Assembly: GCA_038064495.1 (NCBI GenBank)
Contig: JBBTSZ010000002.1
Coordinates: forward strand, 344,934-408,933
Length of the DNA: 64,000 bases
Direction of reading: 5' to 3'
Source: Patescibacteria group bacterium
GTDB lineage: Bacteria; Patescibacteriota; Minisyncoccia; Phycocordibacterales; Phycocordibacteraceae
Program-made: the position numbers and the translations under genes
In this document: one piece after another, positions 44,933 through 54,791 of the stretch
Layout of the letters: each line of letters starts with the position of its first letter
Numbering within the stretch: position 1 is the stretch's first letter
Notes under the pieces: generated by a model
The model's input: only the letters and a program-made list of their open reading frames with translations
Database searches by the model: none
Told to the model about the DNA's origin: nothing

Positions 44933-46350
44933 CCGTTCGTACTCGCTTTGCCCCAAGTCCAACCGGCTGGCTACATGTCGGCGGTATTCGTACCGCACTC
45001 TTTGCGTGGCTCTACGCCCGCAAGCATGGCGGCCAGTTCATTTTGCGTATTGAAGACACTGACCAGGAGCGAGAAGTGGAAGGCTCAGCTGCACATATTA
45101 CCGAGTCACTGAACTGGCTTGGTATTGTTCCGGACGAAGGTCCTGAGCAGGGTGGTCCACACTCTCCTTATAGCCAGTCAGAACGTCTCTCACTCTATAA
45201 GCAGTACGCACAGAAACTCATTGAGGCAGGACATGCCTACACAGACCCGTACACCGAAGAGGAGGTGGAGGCACTTCGCAAACAGGCTGAAGATGAGAAA
45301 CGTCCCTTTCTCTACCGAGAGCATCGTAAAGAGGAAACCGCGTCATGGGACGGTACCCGACCGCTTCGCTTCAAAGTACCTACCATCAAACGCTACACCT
45401 GGACGGACGAAGTACGTGGCGAACTTACGGCAGGCGAGGAAGCACTGGATGATTTCATACTGATAAAGTCGGACGGGTTTCCAACCTACAACTTCGCTCA
45501 CATTGTGGACGATATAGAAATGGAAATCACGCACGTACTTCGGGGTGAAGAATTTATTGCCTCCACACCGAAATTTCTTTCCTTGTATGACGCGCTTGGT
45601 GTAGAGGCTCCGCACATTGCGACCATGCCCCCTATTCTTGGTCCTGACGGAAAAAAGAAATTGAGTAAGCGCGATGGAGCGAAAGATATCTTGGAGTACC
45701 GCACGGAAGGATATCTCCCACAGGCCATGCGTAACTACCTTGCACTCATTGGCTGGAATCCTGGTACCGAGCAAGAGGTGCTCTCTGACGCTGAGATGAT
45801 TTCAGCATTTGATTTTGACCGAGTGCAGAAAAGTGGGGGAGCCTTTGACGAACAAAAACTCCTTTTCATTAACCGTGAGTGGATGCGACAGCTTTCAGCC
45901 AAGGAATACATCCAGGAGGGGACGCTTGATGCTAAAGACGGGGCTCGCCTGTTGCTTGCCGTACCCCTCCTCCAGGAGCGAGCTTCAACCTTTAGCGAGG
46001 CTCGCGAGATGCTCGGTGGGGAACTCGCCTGTCTTTTCAACGAACCAACCGTTGACGCAACACTACTTGCATCAAAGAGCGACGCTACAGCTACCAAGGA
46101 ACATTTGAATAGATTACTCACACACATACAAGAATTTCCCGACACGCCTTCGGTTGAAGACGTAAAAGAAAAGCTTATGGCGTATGCTGACACCATCCCG
46201 AAAGAAGCAGGTGGTCGCGGAAGCGTGTTATGGCCGCTGCGCTACGCACTTTCCGGGGCGGAGCGCTCTCCTGACCCGTTCACTCTTATCCATATTTTAG
46301 GTACGAAAACTACGGTCTCGCGGGTGACTTCAGCACTTGCTATACTATAG
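44929..46350 (+). CDS. gltX: glutamyl-tRNA synthetase
   Basis: RFAPSPTGWLHVGGIRTALF (HIGH) and KLSKR (KMSKS). Confidence 0.9.
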   Translation: MTVRTRFAPSPTGWLHVGGIRTALFAWLYARKHGGQFILRIEDTDQEREVEGSAAHITESLNWLGIVPDEGPEQGGPHSPYSQSERLSLYKQYAQKLIEAGHAYTDPYTEEEVEALRKQAEDEKRPFLYREHRKEETASWDGTRPLRFKVPTIKRYTWTDEVRGELTAGEEALDDFILIKSDGFPTYNFAHIVDDIEMEITHVLRGEEFIASTPKFLSLYDALGVEAPHIATMPPILGPDGKKKLSKRDGAKDILEYRTEGYLPQAMRNYLALIGWNPGTEQEVLSDAEMISAFDFDRVQKSGGAFDEQKLLFINREWMRQLSAKEYIQEGTLDAKDGARLLLAVPLLQERASTFSEAREMLGGELACLFNEPTVDATLLASKSDATATKEHLNRLLTHIQEFPDTPSVEDVKEKLMAYADTIPKEAGGRGSVLWPLRYALSGAERSPDPFTLIHILGTKTTVSRVTSALAIL

Positions 46351-46353
46351 GCA

Positions 46354-47646
46354 ATGCGTGAACGTTCATTGTTTGCACTTGTGCTCGTGCTTTTTGTGCC
46401 ACTCTTGTTATTTGGCATGTTCACCTCACCTATCGTTCGTGCTCAAAGCACAAACGATATCCAGCAACAAATTGCTGACCACAATAAAAAGATTGCTGAT
46501 CTGGAAGCAGAAATAGCCACCTATCAGAAACAGTTAAATCAGCTCGGTACCCAGCACGCTACCCTTGCCACTTCGATTAAGTCGCTTGACGTATCTCGAG
46601 CTCAACTCACTGCAAAAATTAAGTCTCTGCAACAAAAGATTGGTGCGCTTAATTTGGAACTAAAGCAGCTTGGCAACCAAATAGCTGACAAACAACAGTC
46701 CATTTCGCTTTCAAAACGAACCCTTGCTCAATCTCTGCGCAATATTGACGAGATAGATAGCGCAACAGTGGTTGAACAAGTCTTCGCCGCCGATAACCTC
46801 ACTGAGGCATGGGCTGCAGTAGACGCAAATGTAACTCTAAACGCAGCCTTAAGAAGTCATTCCGAGGAATTGAGTCAAGTGAAGCATGAGCTCACGGCAC
46901 AACAAGAATCAGTTGCAAAGACTCAGGCACAACTCACGACCATTACGACTGATTTAAGTACTCAAAAAAAGGCTGTGGAGGTGACTACTCAACAAAAAGC
47001 TGCACTACTCGCACAAACAAAAAATAAAGAAAGTGCGTATCAGCAACTTATCACTACCAAACGTGCTCAGCAAAAGGCCTTTGAGTCAGTGCTGGCAGGT
47101 CTTGAGAGCAGTCTGAAGTCCGTCGGTGCAGGAAGTATTCCTCGCACCGGTTCAGGTATTCTTTCCTGGCCTACAACAAACCACGCCATCACGCAGTATT
47201 TTGGTAACACCGCATTTGCAAAGTCAGGCGCTTATAACGGTGCAGGGCACAACGGCATTGATATCGGGATTCCTATTGGAACTCCACTTGGTGCTTCATT
47301 GTCGGGAACGGTGCTTGCTACCGGTAATACTGATGCCATTCCGGGTTGTTATTCCTTTGGTAAATGGGTGATGATAAACCACGCCAATGGACTCTCTACG
47401 ATGTATGCACATCTTTCTCAGGTGAGTGTCGCAAAGGGTGCTACGGTCACAACCGGCCAAATCATTGGTTACTCAGGTATGACCGGTTACGCCACTGGCC
47501 CGCATCTTCACTTCGGTGTGTACGCAACAGCCGGAGTGCAGATAACCACACTTCGAGCCGCACGGGGCGCAACGAGTCCGTGCGCAGGCGCTCCGATTCC
47601 GATTGCACCAACCAACGCCTATTTGAACCCAATGTCCTACCTGTAG
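46354..47646 (+). CDS. M23 family peptidase with an N-terminal coiled coil (EnvC-like)
   Basis: Signal/anchor, a long Q/L-rich coiled coil, and a C-terminal M23 domain (HNGIDIGIPIGTPL...GPHLHFGV). Confidence 0.8.
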   Translation: MRERSLFALVLVLFVPLLLFGMFTSPIVRAQSTNDIQQQIADHNKKIADLEAEIATYQKQLNQLGTQHATLATSIKSLDVSRAQLTAKIKSLQQKIGALNLELKQLGNQIADKQQSISLSKRTLAQSLRNIDEIDSATVVEQVFAADNLTEAWAAVDANVTLNAALRSHSEELSQVKHELTAQQESVAKTQAQLTTITTDLSTQKKAVEVTTQQKAALLAQTKNKESAYQQLITTKRAQQKAFESVLAGLESSLKSVGAGSIPRTGSGILSWPTTNHAITQYFGNTAFAKSGAYNGAGHNGIDIGIPIGTPLGASLSGTVLATGNTDAIPGCYSFGKWVMINHANGLSTMYAHLSQVSVAKGATVTTGQIIGYSGMTGYATGPHLHFGVYATAGVQITTLRAARGATSPCAGAPIPIAPTNAYLNPMSYL

Positions 47647-48272
47647 CTCTTGGTATCGCGTAATCGCCACAACACCCGGGAAGCCGTAGAGCGGTATGGA
47701 CTCCATTTCTCACTGATTTCTAAATAGACGGCTTTCGGGCTGTCCTTTGGTATACCGTACAGTGTCTCCATAGAGCGGGTAAGACCGAGATCGCCTAGAG
47801 AGAAAATATCCTCGCGTAGTAGCGCAAACATGAGGAACATCTCTGCGGTCCATCTACCAATTCCCCAAACACTTGAGAGTGTAGTGATGGCTTCTTCTTC
47901 TGGAAGTTTTGCAAGTTTTTTAAAATCCACCTCGCCACTCTGTACCGCTTTTGCAAGTTCCTTGAGTGCTTTTATTTTTGCAGCAGAAAGTCCCGCGCTT
48001 CGCATGCTGGTTATGCGTAATTTGAGAATAGTTTCAGCGGTTACTTCACCCTTACACTTTCCTTTAAGCCTGCCCCATATCGTGTCCGCTGCCTTGGTAG
48101 AGAGTTGTTGCGAGACGATGGAACCCGCAAGGTGTGCAAAAAGTTTTGAATAGTTTCTGCGGTGCATTCCTTTCGCAAGCACGGTCTCGTAGTGGGGGAG
48201 TGCTGCCGCATGCAAAAGAGGGTCCACCTTCTTCAGATGCTTGACCGCCTTATGCTGTACGTAGGCCTTCAT
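47637..48272 (-). CDS. alkA: DNA-3-methyladenine glycosylase II (HhH-GPD, AlkA-like)
   Basis: HhH-GPD motif VWGIGRWTAEMFLMFAL...FSLGDLGL with the catalytic Asp. Confidence 0.8.
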   Translation of the reverse strand: MKAYVQHKAVKHLKKVDPLLHAAALPHYETVLAKGMHRRNYSKLFAHLAGSIVSQQLSTKAADTIWGRLKGKCKGEVTAETILKLRITSMRSAGLSAAKIKALKELAKAVQSGEVDFKKLAKLPEEEAITTLSSVWGIGRWTAEMFLMFALLREDIFSLGDLGLTRSMETLYGIPKDSPKAVYLEISEKWSPYRSTASRVLWRLRDTKSYR

Positions 48273-48368
48273 TGTTGCAGTATACGCGGAGGTGCTACGT
48301 AACTTGACTTTCTAGAGACTACATGGTACATTCTTCCCATTAACCGAACGTAGGCAGTAGCAAGAAAC

Positions 48369-49562
48369 ATGAAGAAAATCATCAGTTCTGCGCTTATTCC
48401 TGTTTTTGTTCTCTCTCTCATTGTCTCAGCAAGTCCCGTACAGGCGGCTCCTGGTAAAAGCAACCATGCAGCAGTCTGTGCAAAAGGCAACGATGAAGTT
48501 CGCTGTCACGCACATGTAGAAGTAGACGCTGAAGGAAATGCCAAAGCATTTGTGGCGCCCTCTGGACTTGGCCCTGCAGCTTTTCATGCAGCCTATACCC
48601 CTGTCACGACCGTTTCCGAGAAGCGTATCATCGCCATCGTAGACGCATACGACCATCCAAACATTAAGGCTGACCTTGATACCTACAGCACGACCTACGG
48701 CATTCCGAAGCTTCCAAGTTGCGTTGGTCCTATCGCTTCTTCAGCGACTCCGTGTTTTCAAAAGATGAGTCAGTCGGGAAGCACGACCAAGTTCCCGGTA
48801 GCGAATGCTGGCTGGGCTCTTGAAATTGCGCTTGATGTTGAGACTGCACACGCTATGTGTCAGAACTGCGGGATTCTTCTCGTAGAGGCTACTAGTGCAA
48901 GCTATAACGACCTTATGGCGTCGGTAGACCGTGCCGTCTTAAGTGGCGCAAACGTTGTCTCTAACTCCTATGGAAGTAACGAGTTCCCGACTCAGACGAA
49001 CTACGATTTCCACTTTAACCGTCCTGGAGTAGCCTTTACGGTCTCTTCTGGAGATGCCGGCTACGGTGCACAGTATCCTGCTTCGTCTCCCTACGTTACT
49101 GCGGTTGGTGGTACGACACTCAACATGAGTGGTACCACCTACGTGAGCGAGACTGCGTGGGCTGGTGCTGGTTCAGGTTGCAGTGCCTACGAGGCAAAAC
49201 CTTCTTTCCAGCATGATACTGAGTGTGCAAACCGCACCGTCGCGGACGTATCAGCAGTAGCAGACCCAAACACCGGAGCTGCGGTCTACAATAGTTTCCG
49301 CACGGTTGGTAAGAAGAAAGGAAGCTGGTATGTCGTTGGTGGTACGAGCCTTTCTGCTCCCCTTATCGCTGGCATGTACGCTCTCGGTGGGGTGCCCTCC
49401 GGCGTCCAAGCAAACTCACTCCCATACGGCACGCCAAGCGCGCTCCGTGACATACTTTCCGGTTCTAACGGCAGCTGTAGTGGAAGCTATCTTTGCACTG
49501 CACTTGCTGGTTATGACGGCCCGACGGGACTTGGTTCTCCAAATGGTTTGGGAGCCTTTTAA
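48369..49562 (+). CDS. secreted S53 (sedolisin/kumamolisin-like) serine peptidase
   Basis: Signal peptide ending VQA. IAIVDAYDHP, SSGDAGYG and GGTSLSAPLIAG motifs. Confidence 0.7.
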   Translation: MKKIISSALIPVFVLSLIVSASPVQAAPGKSNHAAVCAKGNDEVRCHAHVEVDAEGNAKAFVAPSGLGPAAFHAAYTPVTTVSEKRIIAIVDAYDHPNIKADLDTYSTTYGIPKLPSCVGPIASSATPCFQKMSQSGSTTKFPVANAGWALEIALDVETAHAMCQNCGILLVEATSASYNDLMASVDRAVLSGANVVSNSYGSNEFPTQTNYDFHFNRPGVAFTVSSGDAGYGAQYPASSPYVTAVGGTTLNMSGTTYVSETAWAGAGSGCSAYEAKPSFQHDTECANRTVADVSAVADPNTGAAVYNSFRTVGKKKGSWYVVGGTSLSAPLIAGMYALGGVPSGVQANSLPYGTPSALRDILSGSNGSCSGSYLCTALAGYDGPTGLGSPNGLGAF

Positions 49563-49570
49563 CTAACGTC

Positions 49571-49609
49571 AAAAAGCCCCGTCTGCGCTAGCGCAGACGG
49601 GGCTTTTTC
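49571..49609 (+). terminator. strong rho-independent terminator
   Basis: agccccgtctgcgc-ta-gcgcagacggggct perfect palindrome followed by ttttt. Confidence 0.8.
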
Positions 49610-49803
49610 GTAGTTATCCACATATCAGAAAACTCCGCACAGGAGTTGCTTGACGTGGAAAACCATAGTGGCACTATTGCCAATAGGTGCTAGCAATGGG
49701 GCTTGCACTGTTCTCATCCGGAAGCCGGTTTATTAACGCGCGTACGCGGCTTTTTCGGCTTTGCAAGAATTGCTTAAAAACTACACACAGACCTACGTCG
49801 CTT

Positions 49804-52800
49804 ATGACTAGTGTCGTCTCGCTTATGAAAAAATTTATAACGGTTCTACAGAAGACCACACGGCATGCCGGGATTGGTCTCGTTGTGCTTGGACTTATTG
49901 TGATGGCTGGTCCAGTAGCTGTGTTCGCTACTCAGTCTGATCAAGGTGGTGAACACCAGATTGAAATCTGCCACAATGGTCACACCCAAGAAATAGACGA
50001 AAGCGCATGGGAGAGTGAAGGTCACTCCAACCACGAAGGTGACTTCATTATTGATGAGACACATCCTGAATCATCGTGTGTAAAGGTTGACGACGACGAC
50101 GGAGATGATGGTGATAATAATGAGGATACCGGGACTCTTATCGTAAGAAAGGTTGTTGTTGGCTCTCAAGCAAGTCCTTCTGACTTCTCCTTTAAGATCG
50201 GTGACGGCCCTTCCACTCCTTTTGAGGCTGATGGTCAAAATGATTTCGAGAAGAACGAAGGTACGTACACGATTGAAGAAGTAGCTGCAGAGCACTACAC
50301 CACGACCTATTCTTCAAACGTTGAGGGTCATGGAGACGACTGTTCAAGTCTTCCAGTTGGCTCAAATGACAATGATGACGAGGAAGATGTACAGAAACTC
50401 GTAGAAGTGGAGGTGGATGACTCAGTCATTTGTACCATCACCAACACGTACCACGCTCCAGAGGAACCTGCTTCCTGTACGTTTGGTTCTGACACCACTA
50501 CGGTAGTTAGCGAAGCCCCTGCCGTTGCGAGCTTCGTGCATCCTGCGTGGACGCACGCTCTTGAGAGTTCAGGCATCATGTGGATTTGGAACGCTTTCCA
50601 CGCTACCCCAAGCGACAGTGTTGACGAAATAGTCACCTTCACTAAAACATTCAATGTGGTCGGCACGCCATCTTCCGTAAAGCTGGATCTTGCTGCTGAC
50701 AATTATTACAGTGTCTCAGTAAACGGCACGGCTAGCTGTAACGACACGGTTAATCTTGATAATTTCTCAAGTATTGAACCAACCTGCGATATTACCTCGC
50801 TTGTCCATACTGGTGTAAACACACTCACGTTCGTTGTCACCAATAAGTCTGGGTTTGGCACTGATCCTGAAACAAACCCGGGTGGACTTATCTACAAAGT
50901 GACCCTAGACGGTGCGTCTTGTTCGGAAGTACCTCCACCAGTCGATATAGAAAACTCATGTGTTCAACCTTCAACTGAAGGAGGACCTGAACATATCGCT
51001 ATTGGTGACGCCAACTTCTTCGGAGAGATTCCTGTTCAGCAAATACTCAACAACGCGGGTTACAGTTCTACGAACGCTGATACCGACCAGATGAATGCCC
51101 AAGCATGGACAGACACTGGCTCAACGGTCAGCTTTAGCGTCAAGGCACTATCCAAGAATGCTGCTGATGCGCATGTATTCGGATATGTCCTCAATGGAGC
51201 CTCGTTTGTTGGTGTCTTCCGAGACGCAAATACTGGGAATGTGACCTATGATGCTCTTCCACTCAGGAACTCGTCAGACGACGGAGTAGCGACCTTTGAT
51301 CTTCCAAACGTCACCTCAGTTTCATTTGCAATTCTTGATGTACAGAGCGGAAAAATCTACTCCACCAAGAAAGCAGACAACGATGACTCTATGAATCATG
51401 CGGTGGTTTACAACCCGCTTAGCAACATGTATGTCATAGGGTTTGAAGATGTCTCAGGTGGTGATGGTGATATGAACGATCTCGCGGTAGAAGTTACCGT
51501 TACCGGTTGTCGTGAAGCTTCAGATACTGCTACCATTCATGCACAGAAGGTAGTCTGTACAAATGAAACTGACCTACCAAATTGGGGAACTGGTGGACCA
51601 GATATTGCCTCAACAACTGCTCAGACATGGGTAAGTGCCCATGAAAGCTGTAGCCTCGTACCTTGGGACTTCCAGTGGGCACCAGCTGTTGCTACAAATC
51701 CTGGTGATAACGCGACGGGAACTCCTACCGGATGGAGTGCGTTTGTAAATGGAGTAACAAGCGTACCAGCTGGTGCACTTGTCTGGGTTCGTGAGCAAAT
51801 TAACACGAATTACATTTCATTTACCGGAGCTGAATCCGAGGACAATGTCTCAGCTGAATTCTATTGTTCAACAGATGTACTTAACTACGACAACTATGAT
51901 TTCATAGATCCGGTCGTAGCGGGTACTGACTACTATTGTGTGGGCTTCAATGCACCAAAGTCTCAGGAAGAAACAAATACCGCGAGCACGATTGTCGTAA
52001 AGTATCCAAATCTTGAAACTGAAACGAATCTTGCGCTTGCAGTAGCAAATAATTCCGGAAAGTGGTTCTACTACAACGACACCACGGACGTTATTGATAA
52101 CGCTCTTGGCTCATTCGTAACGGGACCTGCAGTAGCACCACTCGGAACAGGAAGTTCTGAAATGATTGATCCTGATGCAACTGGACGAATTGATATTGCC
52201 ACCTTTGGTTTTTCTGGAACCAAACTTGCGGATATTAAAACGCTTGCATTTAGCAGTTACTCGCACAGCGGTATCTCTGGACCAGATGAATCACCCTATC
52301 TTGTCTTTAATGTAAGCTTTGACGGCCTTGACACTTACCAACGCCGTCTTGTGTATGTGCCTGGAAATAATGGTGCAGTTCCGCAGGATGTATGGAACAC
52401 CAACGACACTATCCAGAGTGGTGCTGGCAAATGGGTATATTCGGGACCAACATGGCCTATTACCGGCGAACCTGGCACAACGACCAAGACATGGTCTCAA
52501 ATCCTTAGTGATTATCCAGCTGCAAAAGTCCTTCAGACAGGTGGGCTCATGGGTATTCGTGTGGGTGAACCAGGTCCTGCTGGATACACCGGAGACACGG
52601 ATAAGTTTGTGATTGGTATCAAGACCGGATCAAACATTGATACAAGAACGTATGACTTTGAACCGTCACCTGTCTGTAGCGACGGAAAAGACAACGATCA
52701 GGATGAGGCAATAGATGCAAGTGATCCCGGTTGTCATTCTGACGGAAACGCTGGAAATTCAGAATCATATCTCCCGAACGATGATTCGGAAGTGAACGAT

Positions 52801-53232
52801 CCGGGTCCAAGCGAAACTTCAAACATCACGGTACCAAAAAGCCATGGTAGCCCGAGCAGAGGTAGCAGGGTACTTGGTGCTACTACCGGGCAGGTACTCG
52901 GCGAAGCCTGTGGTTTGTATATGGACAAACACCTTCGCCTTGGTAGTGGCAAGAATGATGTAGAACAGACGAAGAAATTACAAATCTTCCTTAACAAATG
53001 GATGACTTCTAATCTTCCGGTTACTGGCTTCTACGGACCACTTTCAACGGCTGCGGTAAAAGCCTTCCAGAGCAAGTATTCGGACCAGATTCTTAAGCCA
53101 TGGGGCATTCAGTCTCCAACAGGAATCGTGTACTTCTCTACGCTTCGCGAGATTAACCTTCTTGAGTGTCCGGAACTTTCGCTTGAACTTCCTCCACTCA
53201 TAGACTGGTCTAAGAACCCGAAGCCACAATAA
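49804..53232 (+). CDS. giant secreted surface protein with Ca-binding repeats, a DUF4114-like module and a C-terminal peptidoglycan-binding domain
   Basis: Signal peptide. Poly-Asp tracts. CnaB/SpaA-like beta modules. IGFEDVSGGDGDMNDLAVEV (DUF4114-like). CSDGKDNDQDEAIDASDPGC (TSP3-like Ca site). C-terminal PG_binding_1-like LPVTGFYGPLSTAAVKAFQ. Start taken at 49804; the track ORF begins at a GTG at 49687. Confidence 0.75.
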   Translation: MTSVVSLMKKFITVLQKTTRHAGIGLVVLGLIVMAGPVAVFATQSDQGGEHQIEICHNGHTQEIDESAWESEGHSNHEGDFIIDETHPESSCVKVDDDDGDDGDNNEDTGTLIVRKVVVGSQASPSDFSFKIGDGPSTPFEADGQNDFEKNEGTYTIEEVAAEHYTTTYSSNVEGHGDDCSSLPVGSNDNDDEEDVQKLVEVEVDDSVICTITNTYHAPEEPASCTFGSDTTTVVSEAPAVASFVHPAWTHALESSGIMWIWNAFHATPSDSVDEIVTFTKTFNVVGTPSSVKLDLAADNYYSVSVNGTASCNDTVNLDNFSSIEPTCDITSLVHTGVNTLTFVVTNKSGFGTDPETNPGGLIYKVTLDGASCSEVPPPVDIENSCVQPSTEGGPEHIAIGDANFFGEIPVQQILNNAGYSSTNADTDQMNAQAWTDTGSTVSFSVKALSKNAADAHVFGYVLNGASFVGVFRDANTGNVTYDALPLRNSSDDGVATFDLPNVTSVSFAILDVQSGKIYSTKKADNDDSMNHAVVYNPLSNMYVIGFEDVSGGDGDMNDLAVEVTVTGCREASDTATIHAQKVVCTNETDLPNWGTGGPDIASTTAQTWVSAHESCSLVPWDFQWAPAVATNPGDNATGTPTGWSAFVNGVTSVPAGALVWVREQINTNYISFTGAESEDNVSAEFYCSTDVLNYDNYDFIDPVVAGTDYYCVGFNAPKSQEETNTASTIVVKYPNLETETNLALAVANNSGKWFYYNDTTDVIDNALGSFVTGPAVAPLGTGSSEMIDPDATGRIDIATFGFSGTKLADIKTLAFSSYSHSGISGPDESPYLVFNVSFDGLDTYQRRLVYVPGNNGAVPQDVWNTNDTIQSGAGKWVYSGPTWPITGEPGTTTKTWSQILSDYPAAKVLQTGGLMGIRVGEPGPAGYTGDTDKFVIGIKTGSNIDTRTYDFEPSPVCSDGKDNDQDEAIDASDPGCHSDGNAGNSESYLPNDDSEVNDPGPSETSNITVPKSHGSPSRGSRVLGATTGQVLGEACGLYMDKHLRLGSGKNDVEQTKKLQIFLNKWMTSNLPVTGFYGPLSTAAVKAFQSKYSDQILKPWGIQSPTGIVYFSTLREINLLECPELSLELPPLIDWSKNPKPQ

Positions 53233-53252
53233 AGCTGAACCTGAGGGGAAAC

Positions 53253-53278
53253 AAAACCGGCAGAAATGCCGGTTTTGT
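53253..53278 (+). terminator. rho-independent terminator
   Basis: aaccggc-agaaat-gccggtt followed by ttgtta. Confidence 0.7.
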
Positions 53279-53309
53279 TATACACAGCACGCTTGTCACT
53301 CATATACTC

Positions 53310-54368
53310 TTGTTGTATAGTAAAAATATGAAAGAACCGAAGCTTACCGAGCGTAAGCGCCTCCTTTTCCTTGCAGGAGAAATGGCAGCACTAGGTGCTA
53401 CCATTGTCATACTCCTCGTTTTTGTCGTTTCTTCACTCGATGCGCTTCTCATCAAAGACGGTCAGGGTGCTGCTGTCATTACGTCCGTGCTTGCTGACCT
53501 CGTAAACACCGACCGCTCCATCAATAAGATTGGTACGCTTACCGTAAATCCAACGCTTACCGCCATTGCTCAAGCAAAGGCGAACGATATGGCGGAGAAA
53601 GGCTACTTTGCCCACGTCTCACCTGAAGGAAACAACCCGTGGTACTGGTTTAAACAGGGAGGCTATCTCTTCACCTACGCCGGAGAGAACCTTGCCGTAG
53701 ACTTTTCTGACTCTGCTGACGTGGAGCAGGCGTGGATGAAGTCTCCAACGCACCGGGCGAACATTTTGAATGACAACTTTACCGAAGTAGGTATCGCAAC
53801 TGCGGTTGGCACCTACGAAGGTCACCAGACCATCTTCGTGGTGCAGGAGTTCGGTACCCCAGCCCACCTTCTTCCGGTTGCTCCTGAGACAACTGAGGTC
53901 ACCAAGCCTGCCTCAGCTACCGAGATAGCTATTGCAACCAGGAACCCAGACGCAGCCAAGCTCGCGATTGTGAAGGCTACACCTAGTCCGGCCACCACAA
54001 CTACAACAGCAAGCTCGAGCGCGGTAGCCACTACTGAAGCTGGCCCGAGCGAGGATGTTCTCGGTACCTCGGCCACCGGTATTGCCACAGCACCCACCAC
54101 AGTCGAACGTCTCGGCCTTGTTGACCTTTGGAACGTTTTTGCGGCCTCACCTCGCACCACACTTACGTACGCCTACTACCTCTTTGGCATTATTCTTCTC
54201 ATTGGCCTCGTCATTGAAACTGGTATTGAGATTAGACGCCATCACATGCGCCACGTAGCACTCGTACTGGCCCTTATTGTCCTCATGAGCGGTCTATACC
54301 TCTTTGCAAGTATGACTATCTTTACGGAGCCTGTTTTGGCCGAAGCAGGAGCCTCGCTTGGTCTCTAA
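53310..54368 (+). CDS. CAP (SCP/PR-1-like) domain protein with N- and C-terminal TM helices and a Thr/Ala-rich linker
   Basis: YFAHVSPEGNNPWYW...YAGENLA...MKSPTHRANIL matches the CAP domain. Confidence 0.7.
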   Translation: MLYSKNMKEPKLTERKRLLFLAGEMAALGATIVILLVFVVSSLDALLIKDGQGAAVITSVLADLVNTDRSINKIGTLTVNPTLTAIAQAKANDMAEKGYFAHVSPEGNNPWYWFKQGGYLFTYAGENLAVDFSDSADVEQAWMKSPTHRANILNDNFTEVGIATAVGTYEGHQTIFVVQEFGTPAHLLPVAPETTEVTKPASATEIAIATRNPDAAKLAIVKATPSPATTTTTASSSAVATTEAGPSEDVLGTSATGIATAPTTVERLGLVDLWNVFAASPRTTLTYAYYLFGIILLIGLVIETGIEIRRHHMRHVALVLALIVLMSGLYLFASMTIFTEPVLAEAGASLGL

Positions 54369-54372
54369 TCCT

Positions 54373-54585
54373 ATGAGTCTTGTCCGACTTATCATCCTCG
54401 TTACCGTCCTGGTGCTCGCACTCTCCTTCTTCGGCATCTCCATACGAGGAATCGTAAGTTCACCCACCGGACACGACAATCTGACCTTCGTATGGGAGCT
54501 CATCCACACTGGATGGGGAATTATCGTCAGCCAGTACCACCATCTGGTAGACGTGATTCAGTCGGTTTTACCTGAGCAAAATTAG
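54373..54585 (+). CDS. small membrane protein (70 aa)
   Basis: ATG 5 nt after the CAP-protein stop. One TM helix LIILVTVLVLALSFFGI. Confidence 0.4.
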   Translation: MSLVRLIILVTVLVLALSFFGISIRGIVSSPTGHDNLTFVWELIHTGWGIIVSQYHHLVDVIQSVLPEQN

Positions 54586-54743
54586 ATGGTGTGATAGAGA
54601 CCACACTCTGGCCTAAATGTCCAAAATAGTGCCTTATAAAGCCATATTTTGAAGGAAACGCCAGTGGAAAAGTGGGCTTGACGAGGCCAAAAAGGCACCC
54701 TGGAAGTTAGTGAGCCGACCCTCACCAGCTATTGACACGGAGG

Positions 54744-54772
54744 GTCAATAGTGCTAATATGGCTTTACGAAG
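54744..54772 (+). promoter_or_regulatory. sigma70 promoter (TTGACA-17-TAATAT)
   Basis: Consensus -35 ttgaca and -10 taatat with a 17 bp spacer. Lies inside the 5' end of track ORF 54732, so the 3D-domain gene should start at 54792. Confidence 0.55.
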
Positions 54773-54791
54773 CCGTGAGGCGACGTGTCAA

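Noticed and set aside
33522-47762. Integrated mobile element bounded by the 17-mer direct repeats
   Set aside because: The intervening 14 kb encodes only core functions (aaRS, dcw, scpAB, pepA). There is no integrase, transposase or phage gene.
49609-49620. Perfect DnaA box TTATCCACA just after the S53 peptidase terminator
   Set aside because: It is a single box with no cluster, no AT-rich DUE and no dnaA or dnaN nearby. One 9-mer hit in 64 kb is within chance expectation.
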